Positions 9,051-18,920 of a stretch of 64,000 nt of DNA are shown here, one piece after another; within the stretch, counting starts at the first letter, position 1; every line of letters begins with the position of its first letter. The stretch covers positions 2,036 through 66,035 of the forward strand of contig CAZCZZ010000010.1 in assembly GCA_964503335.1 (NCBI GenBank), read 5' to 3'. The position numbers and the translations under genes were made by a program. The DNA is from an uncultured Verrucomicrobiota bacterium. GTDB taxonomy: Bacteria > Verrucomicrobiota > Kiritimatiellia > CAIVKH01. Under the pieces are notes generated by a model. That model was given only the letters and a program-made list of their open reading frames with translations, was not told where the DNA came from and did not search any database.

Positions 9051-10343
9051 ATGACCCGCGAACCCTTAGAATTAGCGTCCATCGTCCTCCATTTCGGTGC
9101 GAGCGAGCTGCGCATCTCGCCTGGGGCGCGGGTGAAGGCCGAGGAGGTGCTTCCGCGCGGCAAGCTCGTCCGTGTCTGGCCGCGGGGTCGTCTGTTGGAG
9201 CCTTGTGATGGCGATGCCGGTTACAGTGAAACAGCCGAGTGGGAGTTGCCGTTTGGCATGTATTGGGGCCGGGTCTTCGTAAATGTTCCACAGGATGTCA
9301 TGGCGACGGTGGCCAGGTTCGCCAGCCACCAGTGGCATATGCTGGAATTCGCAAACAACCATCCGCCGTATCTTGACCTTATCCGGTCCAACCCGGTACT
9401 GGCATACGCCCTCGCATGCAGCGATGATCTCCGGCCCACAACGCCCGAGTCTGTCGCCAGGCGAGCGGCAGGGTATGCCGAACGCAAGCAGCGCGAGATT
9501 GCCCGCTTGCTGGGATTCCCAGCGACCGCGGCTACCGTCAGGATGCTCCAGCGAATGGCGCCGGAGGCCGTAAACCCATCCGTGCTGCGCATCGTCCAAT
9601 CCTGCCTGCCGTTGCCTTGTAAACTAGCCAGATCAATCAGCCACATGCACGTCATCAACTCCGGGGTGGTGACCTTTCTCACTCGCGCCCGTCTCCAAGC
9701 GCTGATCACGCCAAAGCTGCTGGGGGAGTTGGCCGAATCCGCGGACGAGCTGGCAAAGGCACCCACAGCAGACTTGGTCATGGACACCATGCGGATGGGC
9801 GAGGGGCTGGCGGAGTGGCGAGGCGTTCCACCATTTTGCTCACGAGCCCAAGTCCGGGAACTGCACGAAATGACGCTGTTAAGGCACCTAGCCGAGCAGG
9901 AAAGGATAAGGCGCCGGATCGAGGAGCAGCGTGCGCGCGAGCGGCAGGCGGAGGACGCGAGGGCGCGTCAGGCGGTTGGGGGGGTGGCGACCAACGCTTA
10001 TCTCCTGAACACCGTCTTCCCACCGCCTCCAGTTGCAGGGATCGACACCATTGTGCCCATCCTTTCCGCGGCGGACCTCAGGCTGGAGGGAATTACCCAG
10101 AAGAACTGCGTTTTCACCCGCGGGAACTACATACTCAGGGGTAGACTCTACGTGTACAGGGTGATTTCACCCGAGCGTGCAACGCTGGCCATCGCATCCG
10201 ATAACAGGGGCTTCTGGCGTGTGGCGGAGCTCCTGAAGAAGGCCAACGCCTCCGTCTCGGATAAGACGCGCGAACACGTCCACGCATGGCTCGCGACGGC
10301 GCAGGTCGGAAAGCGGGCACGCTGGGACGAAACACTGTTCTAG
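9051..10343 (+). CDS. hypothetical protein with PcfJ-like C-terminal region
   Basis: C-terminal LRLEGITQKNCVFTRGNYILRGRLYVYRV...RATLAI resembles the PcfJ-like family signature (EG..xxCV...Y). The rest is unrecognised. Confidence 0.4.
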   Translation: MTREPLELASIVLHFGASELRISPGARVKAEEVLPRGKLVRVWPRGRLLEPCDGDAGYSETAEWELPFGMYWGRVFVNVPQDVMATVARFASHQWHMLEFANNHPPYLDLIRSNPVLAYALACSDDLRPTTPESVARRAAGYAERKQREIARLLGFPATAATVRMLQRMAPEAVNPSVLRIVQSCLPLPCKLARSISHMHVINSGVVTFLTRARLQALITPKLLGELAESADELAKAPTADLVMDTMRMGEGLAEWRGVPPFCSRAQVRELHEMTLLRHLAEQERIRRRIEEQRARERQAEDARARQAVGGVATNAYLLNTVFPPPPVAGIDTIVPILSAADLRLEGITQKNCVFTRGNYILRGRLYVYRVISPERATLAIASDNRGFWRVAELLKKANASVSDKTREHVHAWLATAQVGKRARWDETLF

Positions 10344-10646
10344 GGTGATAACGAAGCTCCCAATTGTCGCGACTGCATGAGTACGTGAAGCAATGGAAAC
10401 GGAGACCGAAGGAGCACGACTGAACCTTAAAAAAGTGAGTGGGCCGTTGTAGCAAAGCCCGCCAGGATCCAGTAAGGCTGGCAAGAGAGGTTCCGAATAC
10501 GTGCCGAGTCACATTCTAGCATTGGCTCCTTGTCCGATCAGGCGCTGGCTGTAAGAATGCGCGACATTGTTGAGCAGCGGCGCGCGGGTTGTTTCTTTCA
10601 AAGGAGTGCCTGTCGCTGACATCTCCGAGATGTTACCAAATTGGCC

Positions 10647-13508
10647 ATGATATTGTCGCCAGCACAAGAGGATGTGATCACACGCCGCGGCTGTCCGGTG
10701 CGAGTGGTCGCATGTGCCGGATCGGGGAAAACGGAATCAATCGCACGGCGAGCGGGGGAATTGATCGCCGAGGGGGCTGCGCCTGATTCGATCATTGCCT
10801 TCACCTTCACGGAAAGAGCGGCTTCGGAGCTCAAGGAGCGCATCTACCGACACGTGGAAGCGCGAATGGGGCGAGCTTTCCTAGGGCGACTCGGCCCCAT
10901 GTACGTAGGCACTATTCATGGATATTGCTTCCGGTTGCTTCAAGACTGTGTTCCCCAATACGGAAACTATGATGTCTTGGATGAGCACAGGCATATTGGT
11001 CTGCTTAGCCGCGAGTACCAGCGTCTCGGGTTGAGTAAGCTTGGCACCAAGCACTGGGAACCGGTGAGGGATTTCGCTCGCACGGTCGACGTTATAAGCA
11101 ATGAACTGATCACTTCCTCAGCTCTGAATGGCACACCCATCGGCGAGTGCTATCAATCCTATGTCGAAATGCTTGAGCGCTATCGGTTCCTGACCTTCGG
11201 TCAACTGGTGGCAAAGGCTACCGAAGTGCTTAGCGATCCCGTTGTTTTCGCAAAGGCCCATGGTGCCCTACGACACCTGATCGTTGACGAGTACCAGGAT
11301 ATCAACCCAGCCCAGGAGCGTCTTATCGACTTGTTGGCTACTGCACCGGTACAGCTTTGTGTGGTCGGAGATGATGACCAGTCCATTTACCAATGGAGAG
11401 GGTCTGACGTTGCCAATATCCTGACGTTCGCGGACCGACATCTAGGGACACACACCGTCAAGCTTGAGACCAATCGTCGCAGTCGGCCTGCCATTATTGA
11501 GACCGCGAACAGGTTCGCGCAGTCTATTGCAGGGCGGCTGGATAAGTCCATGGAGCCGGCCCGTGCTACCGCCGATCCATGTGTTGTGCCTTGGCGTGCC
11601 GAAACAAATGAAAGCGAGGCAGCGCAGATTGCTGACACGATTCAGAAACTGCGCGCGCGAGGTTTCCGCTATCGCGACATGGCGATCCTATACCGTTCCG
11701 TAAAGACATCAGCGCCCTTGCTCGTGGCCGAGCTGGATCGGCTGGGGATTCCATACCAGTGCGGTGGGCGAACTGGACTCTTCCTGCAACCCGGAATCAA
11801 CGCGATCGGAGAGGTGTTCGCCTGGTTTGTTGACGGGACCTGGAAGGATGCGCGGTTCGGGCCTCAGCGGGATGCAGACCTTGACCATATCGCCGGGGAA
11901 TTGAATACGCATTTTGGGAACGGCTTGGGAATTCCAGAGCTGAAGAAGTACCTTCTGGACTGGCGAGGATTTCGTTTGCGGAGCAATCGGCCCGTCAGCT
12001 TGGTTGGCGACTACTACAAGCTGCTCCATTTCCTTGGTGCGAACACCATCGATGCCGATACGGCAGATGGCGCGGCGCGAATAGGTTCGTTGGCACGATT
12101 CTCGACGCTTCTTGCCGATTTTGAGCACGTCACTCGCCGCGGGCGCTATGTGCAGGAGGAATCGGGTGAGAAAGTGTTCCGCGGCGGCCAGGATCGAGGT
12201 AAGCCCTATTTCCAGCGACTTCACAACTATTTGCTGCATTACGCCCGGGATGCGTACGAGGACTTTGAGGGGGAGCAGAGCCTCGACATGGACGCGGTGG
12301 ACATCCTCACAGTCCATCAGGCCAAGGGGCTCGAATGGCCCGTCGTCTTTCTCCCATCACTCACTAGCCAGCGATTCCCTTCAAAGTTTGCGGGTGCCAA
12401 ACAGGACTGGCTGTTACCCGAAGCGGTGCTTCCCCCCTCAACACGACTGCGTTACGAAGGCGGAGAGGCGGAAGAACGTCGGCTGTTCTACGTTGCGATG
12501 ACACGGGCGCGAGACGCGCTCTACGTCTCATGTTTCGAGCGCATGCAGAAGGCTGTGAAGCCGTCACCCTATTTGGCCGAAGTGGCCGGCGGTGCTCAGA
12601 ATATTCGACGATACGCGGAGTTACCGTTACCGCCATTACCAGATGCTTCCACTGCAAAAGAATCTCCGACACTCGAGATCAGCTTCTCGGACATTGCGAC
12701 ATACGAGGAGTGTGGTTACCGATACCGTCTTGCCCGGGCCTTCGGCTATGAACAGGAGCTTGCGATTGAATTGGGCTACGGAAAGGCCATTCATCATGTG
12801 CTTCGCCAAGTGGCGGAATGCGCGTTGGCTAAAGGCAATCCTCCTTCTCTGGATGACGCGAAGGCCATTCTTGACGACGAGTTCTACCTTCCCTTCGCGG
12901 ACAATCCGACATTCATCCGAATGTTCAAGGCTGCGGGTGGTGTCGTGCGCAGATACCTAACTGACTATGCCGAGGATCTCCGCCGCGTATTCGCGATCGA
13001 ACGGCCCTTCGAAGTCAACCTGCCTGATGGCATCCTGAAGGGAAAGGCGGACATCATTCTGGACAAGGAAAATGGTCGTCCCGACAGGCTATCCATCGTT
13101 GACTACAAGACCAGCAACGACCCTGCGCGCGATGCTCGCTATGCGCTCCAGCTCGCGGTCTATGCAGCCGCAGGACGGGGAGAGGGCTTAGACGTCGTCG
13201 CGGGATATCTGCACGACCTTGACGATGGCGCTCGCCAGAGTGTTGATGTCGGTGAAGCCGTGACCACCAAAGCGGTTGAAGCGCTTGGTGTATCTGTCAA
13301 AAGGATCCGCAGCGGACAGTTCAAAGCGTGTTCTGACGCCACACTCTGCGACCGATGTGACTACAAGTATGTCTGTCGCCACAGTCGAGCTTCCGCCTCT
13401 CAAGAAACGTCGGACAGTGCGGATTTGAATCCAAAGGATCACGGCTTATCGGGAGTACAGGGAAACGTTATCAAGCGGTTGCTGCGGAAGGACGGAGGGG
13501 CACCGTGA
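10647..13508 (+). CDS. UvrD/PcrA-type SF1 helicase fused to a Cas4/AddB-like PD-(D/E)XK nuclease with Fe-S Cys motif
   Basis: ACAGSGKT, LIVDEYQDINPAQ, VVGDDDQSIYQWRG, TNRRS, TVHQAKGLEWPVVF and YVAMTRARDAL in the helicase part. C-terminal GKADIIL...IVDYKTS and Cys motif C...CDRCDYKYVC (CX2CX5C). Confidence 0.85.
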   Translation: MILSPAQEDVITRRGCPVRVVACAGSGKTESIARRAGELIAEGAAPDSIIAFTFTERAASELKERIYRHVEARMGRAFLGRLGPMYVGTIHGYCFRLLQDCVPQYGNYDVLDEHRHIGLLSREYQRLGLSKLGTKHWEPVRDFARTVDVISNELITSSALNGTPIGECYQSYVEMLERYRFLTFGQLVAKATEVLSDPVVFAKAHGALRHLIVDEYQDINPAQERLIDLLATAPVQLCVVGDDDQSIYQWRGSDVANILTFADRHLGTHTVKLETNRRSRPAIIETANRFAQSIAGRLDKSMEPARATADPCVVPWRAETNESEAAQIADTIQKLRARGFRYRDMAILYRSVKTSAPLLVAELDRLGIPYQCGGRTGLFLQPGINAIGEVFAWFVDGTWKDARFGPQRDADLDHIAGELNTHFGNGLGIPELKKYLLDWRGFRLRSNRPVSLVGDYYKLLHFLGANTIDADTADGAARIGSLARFSTLLADFEHVTRRGRYVQEESGEKVFRGGQDRGKPYFQRLHNYLLHYARDAYEDFEGEQSLDMDAVDILTVHQAKGLEWPVVFLPSLTSQRFPSKFAGAKQDWLLPEAVLPPSTRLRYEGGEAEERRLFYVAMTRARDALYVSCFERMQKAVKPSPYLAEVAGGAQNIRRYAELPLPPLPDASTAKESPTLEISFSDIATYEECGYRYRLARAFGYEQELAIELGYGKAIHHVLRQVAECALAKGNPPSLDDAKAILDDEFYLPFADNPTFIRMFKAAGGVVRRYLTDYAEDLRRVFAIERPFEVNLPDGILKGKADIILDKENGRPDRLSIVDYKTSNDPARDARYALQLAVYAAAGRGEGLDVVAGYLHDLDDGARQSVDVGEAVTTKAVEALGVSVKRIRSGQFKACSDATLCDRCDYKYVCRHSRASASQETSDSADLNPKDHGLSGVQGNVIKRLLRKDGGAP

Positions 13509-14377
13509 GCACGCCATCCGATCGAAGCGAAGATTTGCAGAGCCCTCTTCGTTATCCAGGGGGAAAGAGGTTTCTCTGCCCCTACATCGAGGCGATCATC
13601 CGTCGCAACAAACTCAAGCCTAGACTGCTCGTCGAGCCATTCGCCGGTGGCGCAAGCGTTGCGTTGCATCTCCTTGGCTTGGGGTTGGTCGAAAAGATCG
13701 CATTGTACGATGCCGATCCAATGGTGGTCGGACTTTGGCAGACCGTGTTTCATGACGGCAAATGGCTCCGGAGGAAAGTACGGGGCGCGAAAATCACGCT
13801 GGATTTATGGGAACAACTGAAGGACGCACCGCTGGACGGCAATCGAAACAATGCCTGGAAATGCCTTTTTCTGAACCGGACAAGCTTTTCCGGAATTCTC
13901 TCGCAACAGGCTGGTCCCATTGGTGGAAAACTTCAGCAATCGGACTACAAGATCGACTGCCGCTTCTACCGTGACACAACCATCAAACGGTTGAAACGTT
14001 TGGCCGCGCACAAATACCTCGTAGAGGACATCGGTGTCGCCACCTGGCAGGCGACGCTCAAGAAATTCGCCGTAAACAAAGGTACAGAAAAAAGCGATAC
14101 GTTGATCTACCTTGATCCTCCATTTTATCACAAGGCGGATCGCCTCTACGGCCACTACTTCCTGTCTGGGCAGCACGAGGAGCTCATCAAGCGGCTTGCC
14201 AAGAGCCATCAACCATGGATTCTGAGTTACGACAACTGTACCGAGATTGTGAGTCTCTTCCGGAAGTACGGATTGCGTTACCGCTCCGTGCCTGTGAGCT
14301 ATACCTCCAGCGTCGGATGCAAAAGAGAATCGAAGAAAGAGCTCGTTGCCAGTAACTTGTCACTACCGAAAGCGTAA
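13505..14377 (+). CDS. Dam-like (D12 class) N6-adenine DNA methyltransferase
   Basis: The GTG start overlaps the upstream stop (GTGA). Motifs LRYPGGKR, EPFAGGASV (motif I) and YLDPPFY (motif IV). Confidence 0.85.
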   Translation: MSTPSDRSEDLQSPLRYPGGKRFLCPYIEAIIRRNKLKPRLLVEPFAGGASVALHLLGLGLVEKIALYDADPMVVGLWQTVFHDGKWLRRKVRGAKITLDLWEQLKDAPLDGNRNNAWKCLFLNRTSFSGILSQQAGPIGGKLQQSDYKIDCRFYRDTTIKRLKRLAAHKYLVEDIGVATWQATLKKFAVNKGTEKSDTLIYLDPPFYHKADRLYGHYFLSGQHEELIKRLAKSHQPWILSYDNCTEIVSLFRKYGLRYRSVPVSYTSSVGCKRESKKELVASNLSLPKA

Positions 14378-14382
14378 CCATC

Positions 14383-16368
14383 ATGAGCATAGCCGATCGC
14401 ATCGCGGGAAAAGACCATCTGCCGAGTATGATCCAGCCCGACAATTTTATCGGATGGGCATACCGGATCGATTACGAACACGCCTATGTAATGACCAACG
14501 ATATCTGGAAGTCCAAGGTCAATGGCGTGCCGCACAATTCCTTCCTGCTGGCCTCATCCTTTGTTCCCGATACCTACGCCGCGACGAAGGTCGCACACAA
14601 AGAGATTATCCTCCTGCGCGTCATTGGGTCCGCGCAGCTTCCAATGGATGACGAGCTCGTCAGCACGAAGATCGAGCACTATCAAGACAAGCAGGGGAGC
14701 GAACCTGTCGAAGGCGAAATGGATGATCTGACCCGGAACATGCTCCAGTTCAATGGACTTCAGTGTAGGATCCTAGGCACCTTCTACACGGACGCCGACG
14801 GACGACTTTGCCTCGGTAGCGACTTGGAAACATATCACTCGGCCGTGCAACTGCAGGTCTACAAGCCGCGCGAAGATGCTTTGGCGACCATCGTCAACTA
14901 CATCAACCCTATTCGCGAAGCCGCTGCGCGTGACGATGCCAAGGCGTTGGGCATAGAAGGCGCCATGCCCAGCTTCCCAATCGGGGCTGTCCGATACACC
15001 TCGGCCAACCGTCTGCAGAAAGTAGACCGAGAGGTCGTCGTCCATGTTCAGTCCGTCGACTTCCTGGCTCGGCGCACAGCGGTCTTCGGCATGACGCGGA
15101 CCGGCAAATCTAACATGATCAAACAGCTTGTCTCGGTGGTGAAGCGTTCCGCCGACCAAACAGGTCTCAAGATCGGTCAGATCATCTACGACTTGAATGG
15201 GGAGTACGCGAACGCAAACAAGCAGGACGCGGGGGCCTTGGCGGATGTGTACCCGGGCGATACGGAGCGATATCGCATGCTGCCAGCAGAGGGCTTCAAC
15301 CTGATTCAGAACAACTTCTATCTCCAGATCCCTGAAGGGTTCATGGTCATTCAGCAGGTGATGGATGACCGCCAAACCCCGTCGGCAGACCTTCGTGCAT
15401 TCCTGAACGTCTCGTTTGAGGAGCCTGATTCGGAGGATCGTTCCGCGCACTACCGCTGGCAAGTCAAGCGGGCAATCTATCAAGCGATGCTGTTCAAAGC
15501 TGGTTTTCCAGCGCCCAAAGGTCTCAGTGTTAACTTCCCGGTAAACGAGAACATCCGCAATGCAATCGACCCGAAGGGCACATTCCCGGCCGCATCGGGT
15601 GGGCGTCTGACTCTCGCCCTGGATCAAGCGGTGCGGTGGTTTGAGACGGCCCGCGCCATCAATCGGGAGGCGCAGCTCGTTTCGTCGTCTGGCAACCCGT
15701 GGTTGGACGAAGACGCCACCGCGTTACTGAACATGCTGGCCGGGCGAAATAGCAATGACGCCTACATCACAGGCTACAAGCATCTGGCTCCCCTAAAGGA
15801 CTTCCACTCCCCCAGCCGCACCCAGGACGTATCTGAGGAGATCTACCAACATCTTGTCGCCGGCAAGATCGTGATTCTGGATCTATCGGTGGGCGATCCG
15901 AACCAACGTACCCGGTTGAGTAAAGTCATTGCTCAGCACATCTTCAAGCGGTCGATGGGTACCTTCAACGAGGGACGTTTTCCGCCCAGCATCATGATCT
16001 ACGTGGAGGAGGCCCATAACATCATGGGCCGGAAAGATGATCTCACCGACACGTGGCCCAGGATCGCCAAGGAGGGCGCCAAGTTCAGGATCGGAACGGT
16101 GTACGCGACTCAGGAGGTGTCGTCTATGCACCCGAACATCCTGGCCAACACGGAGAATATGTTTGTCTCGCACATCAACAACGAGGCCGAAGTCAGGGAA
16201 TTGTCCAAGTTTTACGACTTTGCCGACTTCGGGGTTTCGTTGATTCGGGCTCAAGATGTTGGCTTCTCGAGGGTGAAAACGCTGTCGAGTCCATTTGTGA
16301 TTCCAGTCCAGATACACAAGTTCGATCCCGAAGCCGAGAAGAAGCGGGCAGCTGCGGAAGCGGGTTGA
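14383..16368 (+). CDS. herA: HerA-like FtsK/HerA-superfamily ATPase
   Basis: Walker A GMTRTGKSN, Walker B IMIYVEEAHN, and YATQEVSSMHPNILANTENMFVSHINN typical of HerA/DUF87. 5-nt gap after the MTase. Confidence 0.8.
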   Translation: MSIADRIAGKDHLPSMIQPDNFIGWAYRIDYEHAYVMTNDIWKSKVNGVPHNSFLLASSFVPDTYAATKVAHKEIILLRVIGSAQLPMDDELVSTKIEHYQDKQGSEPVEGEMDDLTRNMLQFNGLQCRILGTFYTDADGRLCLGSDLETYHSAVQLQVYKPREDALATIVNYINPIREAAARDDAKALGIEGAMPSFPIGAVRYTSANRLQKVDREVVVHVQSVDFLARRTAVFGMTRTGKSNMIKQLVSVVKRSADQTGLKIGQIIYDLNGEYANANKQDAGALADVYPGDTERYRMLPAEGFNLIQNNFYLQIPEGFMVIQQVMDDRQTPSADLRAFLNVSFEEPDSEDRSAHYRWQVKRAIYQAMLFKAGFPAPKGLSVNFPVNENIRNAIDPKGTFPAASGGRLTLALDQAVRWFETARAINREAQLVSSSGNPWLDEDATALLNMLAGRNSNDAYITGYKHLAPLKDFHSPSRTQDVSEEIYQHLVAGKIVILDLSVGDPNQRTRLSKVIAQHIFKRSMGTFNEGRFPPSIMIYVEEAHNIMGRKDDLTDTWPRIAKEGAKFRIGTVYATQEVSSMHPNILANTENMFVSHINNEAEVRELSKFYDFADFGVSLIRAQDVGFSRVKTLSSPFVIPVQIHKFDPEAEKKRAAAEAG

Positions 16369-16376
16369 GATTCATC

Positions 16377-17774
16377 ATGCCCTACGAGAATCAATTTGGA
16401 AGCAAGACGGCGCATGCCGACATCGTGCGCAATCCGGATGTGCAGGCCTTTCTTGAGCAGTGCCGCCCGCTGCGTGAGCCATCGGAGGAATCAAGTCGGG
16501 AGCTGGCTTCCTCCTTTGTGGCGCCGCCGGCCGAATCGCGAGGGGGTTCAACCAGTTTTGTCATCGCATCCGATGGCAGCTTCTACGCCTCAAGTATTGA
16601 TAAGCGACTGCCGAGCATCCAGGTGTGCTACCTGAAGTTCAGCACCATTCTGATTGAGATGCTCGATTTCCACGGGCTTGAAGACGTCGGGACAAGCATG
16701 ATCGATCCTTTCCGAGTGGCAGCGCTCAAGAAGAACCGAGACACACTCACCTTGGTCCTGCCGCTGTCGAACTTTCGCCTTCCAGAAGACGACTCGGTTC
16801 GGAAGTCCTTTCGCAAGCAGCTCGACGCCTTCCTCTGGTCGCCTGCTACGCGTTTCCGGACTGACCACCCCGATACCAGTCTGATGGGAACACTGATCGA
16901 GTTGGCCCAGCTCCGGGATGATCCGCACGCCCCGACCGGGCAAATCAAAGTGCATAAATGTCCGAATCCTGATTGCGATGCCGAGAGCATCTACCTCGAT
17001 CCCGAGGATCCTTCACACGCCTGCGCCAAGTGTGGACAACCCTTGTATCTCAGCGATTGCCTTCGCCTCTGGGAGGGGGTCAATGATTTCCACGCCAATC
17101 AGGAGCCTTCATCCCGCTTCATGAGTTACGTGGAGCATCTCCTGCCGATCCATTACCTGCGATTTCTCCGCGATACCGCACCGGCCCAGCTCCAGGAGCT
17201 GGCCATTTTGGTGGATGGACCGCTGGCGGTTTTCGGGCAGGCGGCTTGGCTTCATCAATGCCTCATGCGGTTCCTGTATCGGCTTAGGGAAAGCCAACGG
17301 GAGAAGGGAATGGCCTTCCCTGTGGTGATGGGTCTGCAGAAGACCGGCTACGTGGTGGAGTACATGCAGCTGCTCGATCGCTACATCCCGGCCAACCGCC
17401 TATTCAGCATTACCGATGAGTTCCGTTACACGCATCTTGGCGTGGAGCGGTCCGGCAACGGGTTCGGAAGTGAGACCTACTACGGGCAAGACTTCGGTTT
17501 CAAGACGCCTTCGGGCAAGTTGTTTGTGTTCGGCCTGCCTTACCCCTTCCCCTCAAAGCGGGGCACCACGGGTTTCCCTTCGGCCAAGTGCGACATCAGT
17601 CGGTATGGCGAGCTGGGCCGGGCATTGAGTCTGATCAACCAGGTGGAAACCGATCTCTATCGGGATGCTCTGGTTCCTATTGCTCTGGCCCACCGCTACA
17701 CCGCGATTAGCCTGCGGCCAGGCGGGAAAGTACTGGATGTCATGGGGAGAACCGCACAGAGGGCCGGGTCCTGA
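16377..17774 (+). CDS. nurA: NurA-like nuclease with inserted zinc ribbon
   Basis: IASDGS (DGS motif), ILVDGPLAVFG and GLQKTGY blocks. CPNPDC...CAKC is a Cys4 ribbon. ATG at 16377 lies 8 nt after the herA stop; the track ORF from 16053 is an extension. Confidence 0.65.
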   Translation: MPYENQFGSKTAHADIVRNPDVQAFLEQCRPLREPSEESSRELASSFVAPPAESRGGSTSFVIASDGSFYASSIDKRLPSIQVCYLKFSTILIEMLDFHGLEDVGTSMIDPFRVAALKKNRDTLTLVLPLSNFRLPEDDSVRKSFRKQLDAFLWSPATRFRTDHPDTSLMGTLIELAQLRDDPHAPTGQIKVHKCPNPDCDAESIYLDPEDPSHACAKCGQPLYLSDCLRLWEGVNDFHANQEPSSRFMSYVEHLLPIHYLRFLRDTAPAQLQELAILVDGPLAVFGQAAWLHQCLMRFLYRLRESQREKGMAFPVVMGLQKTGYVVEYMQLLDRYIPANRLFSITDEFRYTHLGVERSGNGFGSETYYGQDFGFKTPSGKLFVFGLPYPFPSKRGTTGFPSAKCDISRYGELGRALSLINQVETDLYRDALVPIALAHRYTAISLRPGGKVLDVMGRTAQRAGS

Positions 17775-17810
17775 CCCGTCGACACCAGACTTGCTGCTGG
17801 CGCTGACATC

Positions 17811-18920
17811 ATGAATCCAAACGACCTGTTCTGGACCAGCCCTCCAAAGGATGAAGAGCCACTTCCTGTCGATCCGCTGGGGCTCGACGTGATGAGGGAC
17901 GAGTTGGCCGATCGCCTCGTACCGTGTCTGACCAGTCGCACGAAACGCCACGAGGACTTCTTCTGGACCTTGGTTTTCATTAAATGGGCCGCATCGGAAC
18001 CCACGCACGAAGCCCGTGTAGCGGCCTTCCTGCGGTATGAGCGCTGGCTGAAGCTTCTCTGGGCCAAGTACGGCAGCGAAGCGGGTTTCGCGGGAAGCCG
18101 TCGTGCGAAAGTTCAATCACAGGAAGATGGAGCGCCGCTTGTCGCGTACAAGAGGCTTCTCAAGATGCCCCAGTCGCAAGGGATGTTGGGTGCCCACCTC
18201 GCGCCGCTTCGATCCCTTGGTCTGGTTGTTGAATCGGAGAGCCTTGAGCTTACGGACGGCCCTGCCCGGAACGACAGCGGTGCGGCACTTGTTATGGCGA
18301 TCGATCCCGACCCGCCCCGATTGCGCGATGGCAAGTGGTCCGATTGGAAGAGAGATTTCGATGGCGTGCGTGAACACTTTGCCGGCGGTGATTTCCGGCG
18401 ACGCCTTCGTAATCTCATGGCGAAGAAGATGCCAGTCTTAGACGGCGCACTCGCATCGCTGCGATACCCAGCACAGGGTACCCAGCAGTGGACCCGCGCG
18501 GCGAAGCACATGCCTTCGGGGTTGGCCCCCTATGCCCGACTTGCGGGAGCCTTCTGCCCGTGGGCGGCCGAGATGCGGGATTTCTTCGTGGCATGCGTGG
18601 AGAGCCGCTGCAGCGACAAGTCGATTCGGTGCCCGAAACCCCTTGCAGCAAGCATCCCTTCAGACCTTGAGCGCTGGGAGCCGCTGCGCAAAGCGCTTGC
18701 CCGGTGGGACAAGGCGAGTCCCGTGCGGTTTATGGCGGACTGGCATCGGGAGGTCTTCGAGGGCAGGGGATACGGGAAGTCGGATCTCTGGCTATCGTAC
18801 GAAGATGGCCGTCCCATGGCATTCCCCGGTCGAGTATCCGCAACGAAGAATGTCGAAGGCGATTGCCGGTGGTCCAACGCGGTGACCTTGCTGAAACCGC
18901 GTCGGGGAGGGCGGGCATGA
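17811..18920 (+). CDS. hypothetical protein (369 aa), no recognised domain
   Basis: Long ORF in the operon frame, coupled by an ATGA overlap to the next gene. N-terminal DPLGLDVMRDELADRLVPCLTSRTKRHEDFFW motif. Confidence 0.6.
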   Translation: MNPNDLFWTSPPKDEEPLPVDPLGLDVMRDELADRLVPCLTSRTKRHEDFFWTLVFIKWAASEPTHEARVAAFLRYERWLKLLWAKYGSEAGFAGSRRAKVQSQEDGAPLVAYKRLLKMPQSQGMLGAHLAPLRSLGLVVESESLELTDGPARNDSGAALVMAIDPDPPRLRDGKWSDWKRDFDGVREHFAGGDFRRRLRNLMAKKMPVLDGALASLRYPAQGTQQWTRAAKHMPSGLAPYARLAGAFCPWAAEMRDFFVACVESRCSDKSIRCPKPLAASIPSDLERWEPLRKALARWDKASPVRFMADWHREVFEGRGYGKSDLWLSYEDGRPMAFPGRVSATKNVEGDCRWSNAVTLLKPRRGGRA

